The translations under genes were made by a program, and so were the position numbers. From a virus (Duplodnaviria; Caudoviricetes), in the IMG/VR virus record IMGVR_UViG_3300036770_008716, positions 1 through 27,035 of that record: a DNA stretch of 27,035 bases; one strand, 5' to 3'. The notes under the pieces are model-generated. The model did no database searches. It was not told the DNA's origin and saw only the letters and a list, made by a program, of their open reading frames with translations. This document shows, piece by piece, positions 25,605 through 27,035 of the stretch (positions are counted from its first letter, which is position 1; the number at the start of each line of letters is the position of its first letter).

Positions 25605-27035
25605 TTACCACCAAAGCTGCCCAGACTTACTAAAGAATCTGGGCCAACGACAAGCCCAATATCCTGCTGTGGTTTTATCATTATTGCTTAGACACCCATG
25701 GCGAGCAATGAAACTCTTGACAGCCTCTGGATTGTTATACTTCTTTTGCATACCTGATTTGCTAAAGCTGATCTTGCGAATCTTTCCGCCATCTCTCACA
25801 TATACAGCTCCGCCTTCGCCATCTCTCCATGGCTTACCGATTCCCTTTCCTTTGGTTGGATCAGAATCTTCTTCATTCAGCGGATAGTCAAGTGGAACTT
25901 GCTTACCTTCATATTCAGCAAACTCGCCAACATCGCTCTTGAGCATATCTTCTTCCCACTCATCAGCAGGCTTATATTTCTGCTCAGCATAAAGAGCCTT
26001 GGCTTCGCGAATTAACTCGAAGAACTTATCGCTTCCTGGGCGGAATACGTTCTCAGTAATTGGAGTCTTGGTATTGAGATGATATTCCATAGCCTCAGAA
26101 ATGGTAGCTTCCTTGAGCTGGACATACTTACCAAAACTTAATCTCTCCTGCACCATAGGATTACCAGGAGCCATAAACTCTTGGCCAGTAATCTGAGCGT
26201 TCAAGTCTGTTTTCGGCTTGTTGAGTTTCGTCTTGTCTTTTTTCGTTTTGAGGGTGGGGGTTGTATCAACAGTCTGGCCAGGGGTAGCATTAGCATAAGC
26301 AATCCTAGCTTCATCAGTTCCTTCTTCGTATGCTTCTTTAACTGGAACACAGTTTGGAACAGTTCTTCCATTTTTCTTTTTCAACCCTACTGCAGTATAA
26401 CCTTTCCAACAGGCTTTCTTCAGATCGCCCGTTGGCTCTTTGACTTCTTGCATCTTTTGTTTATGCTTAGGATTACGACGATATTTCATCTTATCCTTTT
26501 CAATCTTTGGCTTGTTGAATTTGTATAAATTTTTAGCCACTGGATTCTTGGCTTCGCCCATTACATACCCATTGTCGATCATGAATTCCAGAGTATTTTT
26601 AATCTGCTCTTGGAACATCAGAAGCTCAAACTGAGAGGCTTCGTTGAGATTCATTGTGTTCTTGAAGTTGAATGAATTCTCAAGCACTCCAACAATCTTT
26701 TCGCTATCGAGCCACTTACGAATTCGAACAGACTCTTCGAGTGGGCGCTCGCGCTGAGCATTTCTTTCGCGGCTGACTTTATTGGTTACAGTGACAACTA
26801 TGTGAGAGAAGTCATAGCCTTCCAGAATAGCCTTGGCTGTTTCGATCTTATCCAACTCAGCTCCGCAGTTAATTAGAATATTATCTTCGGAGATTTCAGT
26901 TGGATACTTGAGCAGCTGATCAATCTGAATCTCGTTCAGATCAAACTTACTGAGGATATTATTGATAACGTAATCCTTTCCGCTGCCTGGACCGCCAACA
27001 ATAAAGGTGGCTCTTTTAGCTTCGATTTCTTCTGA
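25605..27035 (-). CDS. multidomain protein, 5'-truncated: P-loop kinase-like domain + modular C-terminal domains
   Basis: Frame stays open to the window edge and includes FIVGGPGSGKD (Walker A-like) upstream of the track's start; internal CWKGY...VPNCVP and C-terminal F.ARH.C...TAGYWAC.W motifs. Confidence 0.75.
   Translation of the reverse strand, partial: SEEIEAKRATFIVGGPGSGKDYVINNILSKFDLNEIQIDQLLKYPTEISEDNILINCGAELDKIETAKAILEGYDFSHIVVTVTNKVSRERNAQRERPLEESVRIRKWLDSEKIVGVLENSFNFKNTMNLNEASQFELLMFQEQIKNTLEFMIDNGYVMGEAKNPVAKNLYKFNKPKIEKDKMKYRRNPKHKQKMQEVKEPTGDLKKACWKGYTAVGLKKKNGRTVPNCVPVKEAYEEGTDEARIAYANATPGQTVDTTPTLKTKKDKTKLNKPKTDLNAQITGQEFMAPGNPMVQERLSFGKYVQLKEATISEAMEYHLNTKTPITENVFRPGSDKFFELIREAKALYAEQKYKPADEWEEDMLKSDVGEFAEYEGKQVPLDYPLNEEDSDPTKGKGIGKPWRDGEGGAVYVRDGGKIRKISFSKSGMQKKYNNPEAVKSFIARHGCLSNNDKTTAGYWACRWPRFFSKSGQLWW

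Noticed and set aside
365-26634. All plus-strand ORFs in the track
   Set aside because: They are antisense shadows of well-supported minus-strand genes, with no recognisable motifs.
1-27035. Stop-codon reassignment or tRNA genes
   Set aside because: Genes are intact and densely tiled under the standard code, using TAA, TGA and TAG stops. No cloverleaf was seen in the short intergenic gaps.

Overview
This window is a segment of a large T4-like (myovirus-type) dsDNA bacteriophage genome. Essentially every credible gene is on the minus strand, tightly packed, often with ATGA/TAATG/TGATG start-stop overlaps. In transcription order (right to left) it holds: (i) putative virion/internal-head proteins, two with T4 internal-protein-like N-termini and one with repeated Glu-rich linkers; (ii) a lysis cassette of GH19 endolysin, holin-like protein, and i-spanin with a fully embedded o-spanin lipoprotein; (iii) gp61-like primase, thyX and a class II (B12-dependent) ribonucleotide reductase; (iv) an AT-rich glyco-island of three multidomain glycosyltransferase fusions followed by a metallophosphoesterase plus GT4 pair resembling the bacterial PlcP-Agt phosphate-starvation lipid-remodelling cassette; (v) a GIY-YIG nuclease, a WYL_2-like protein and many small early-type ORFs. 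Three of the early-type gene runs sit behind a conserved promoter-like element with a perfect IHF-consensus site, and there are two intergenic T4 late-promoter (TATAAATA) motifs. Spanins, IHF sites and PlcP/Agt point to a Gram-negative, probably proteobacterial and possibly aquatic, host (inference). All product calls come from motif recognition by eye; no database searches were run.
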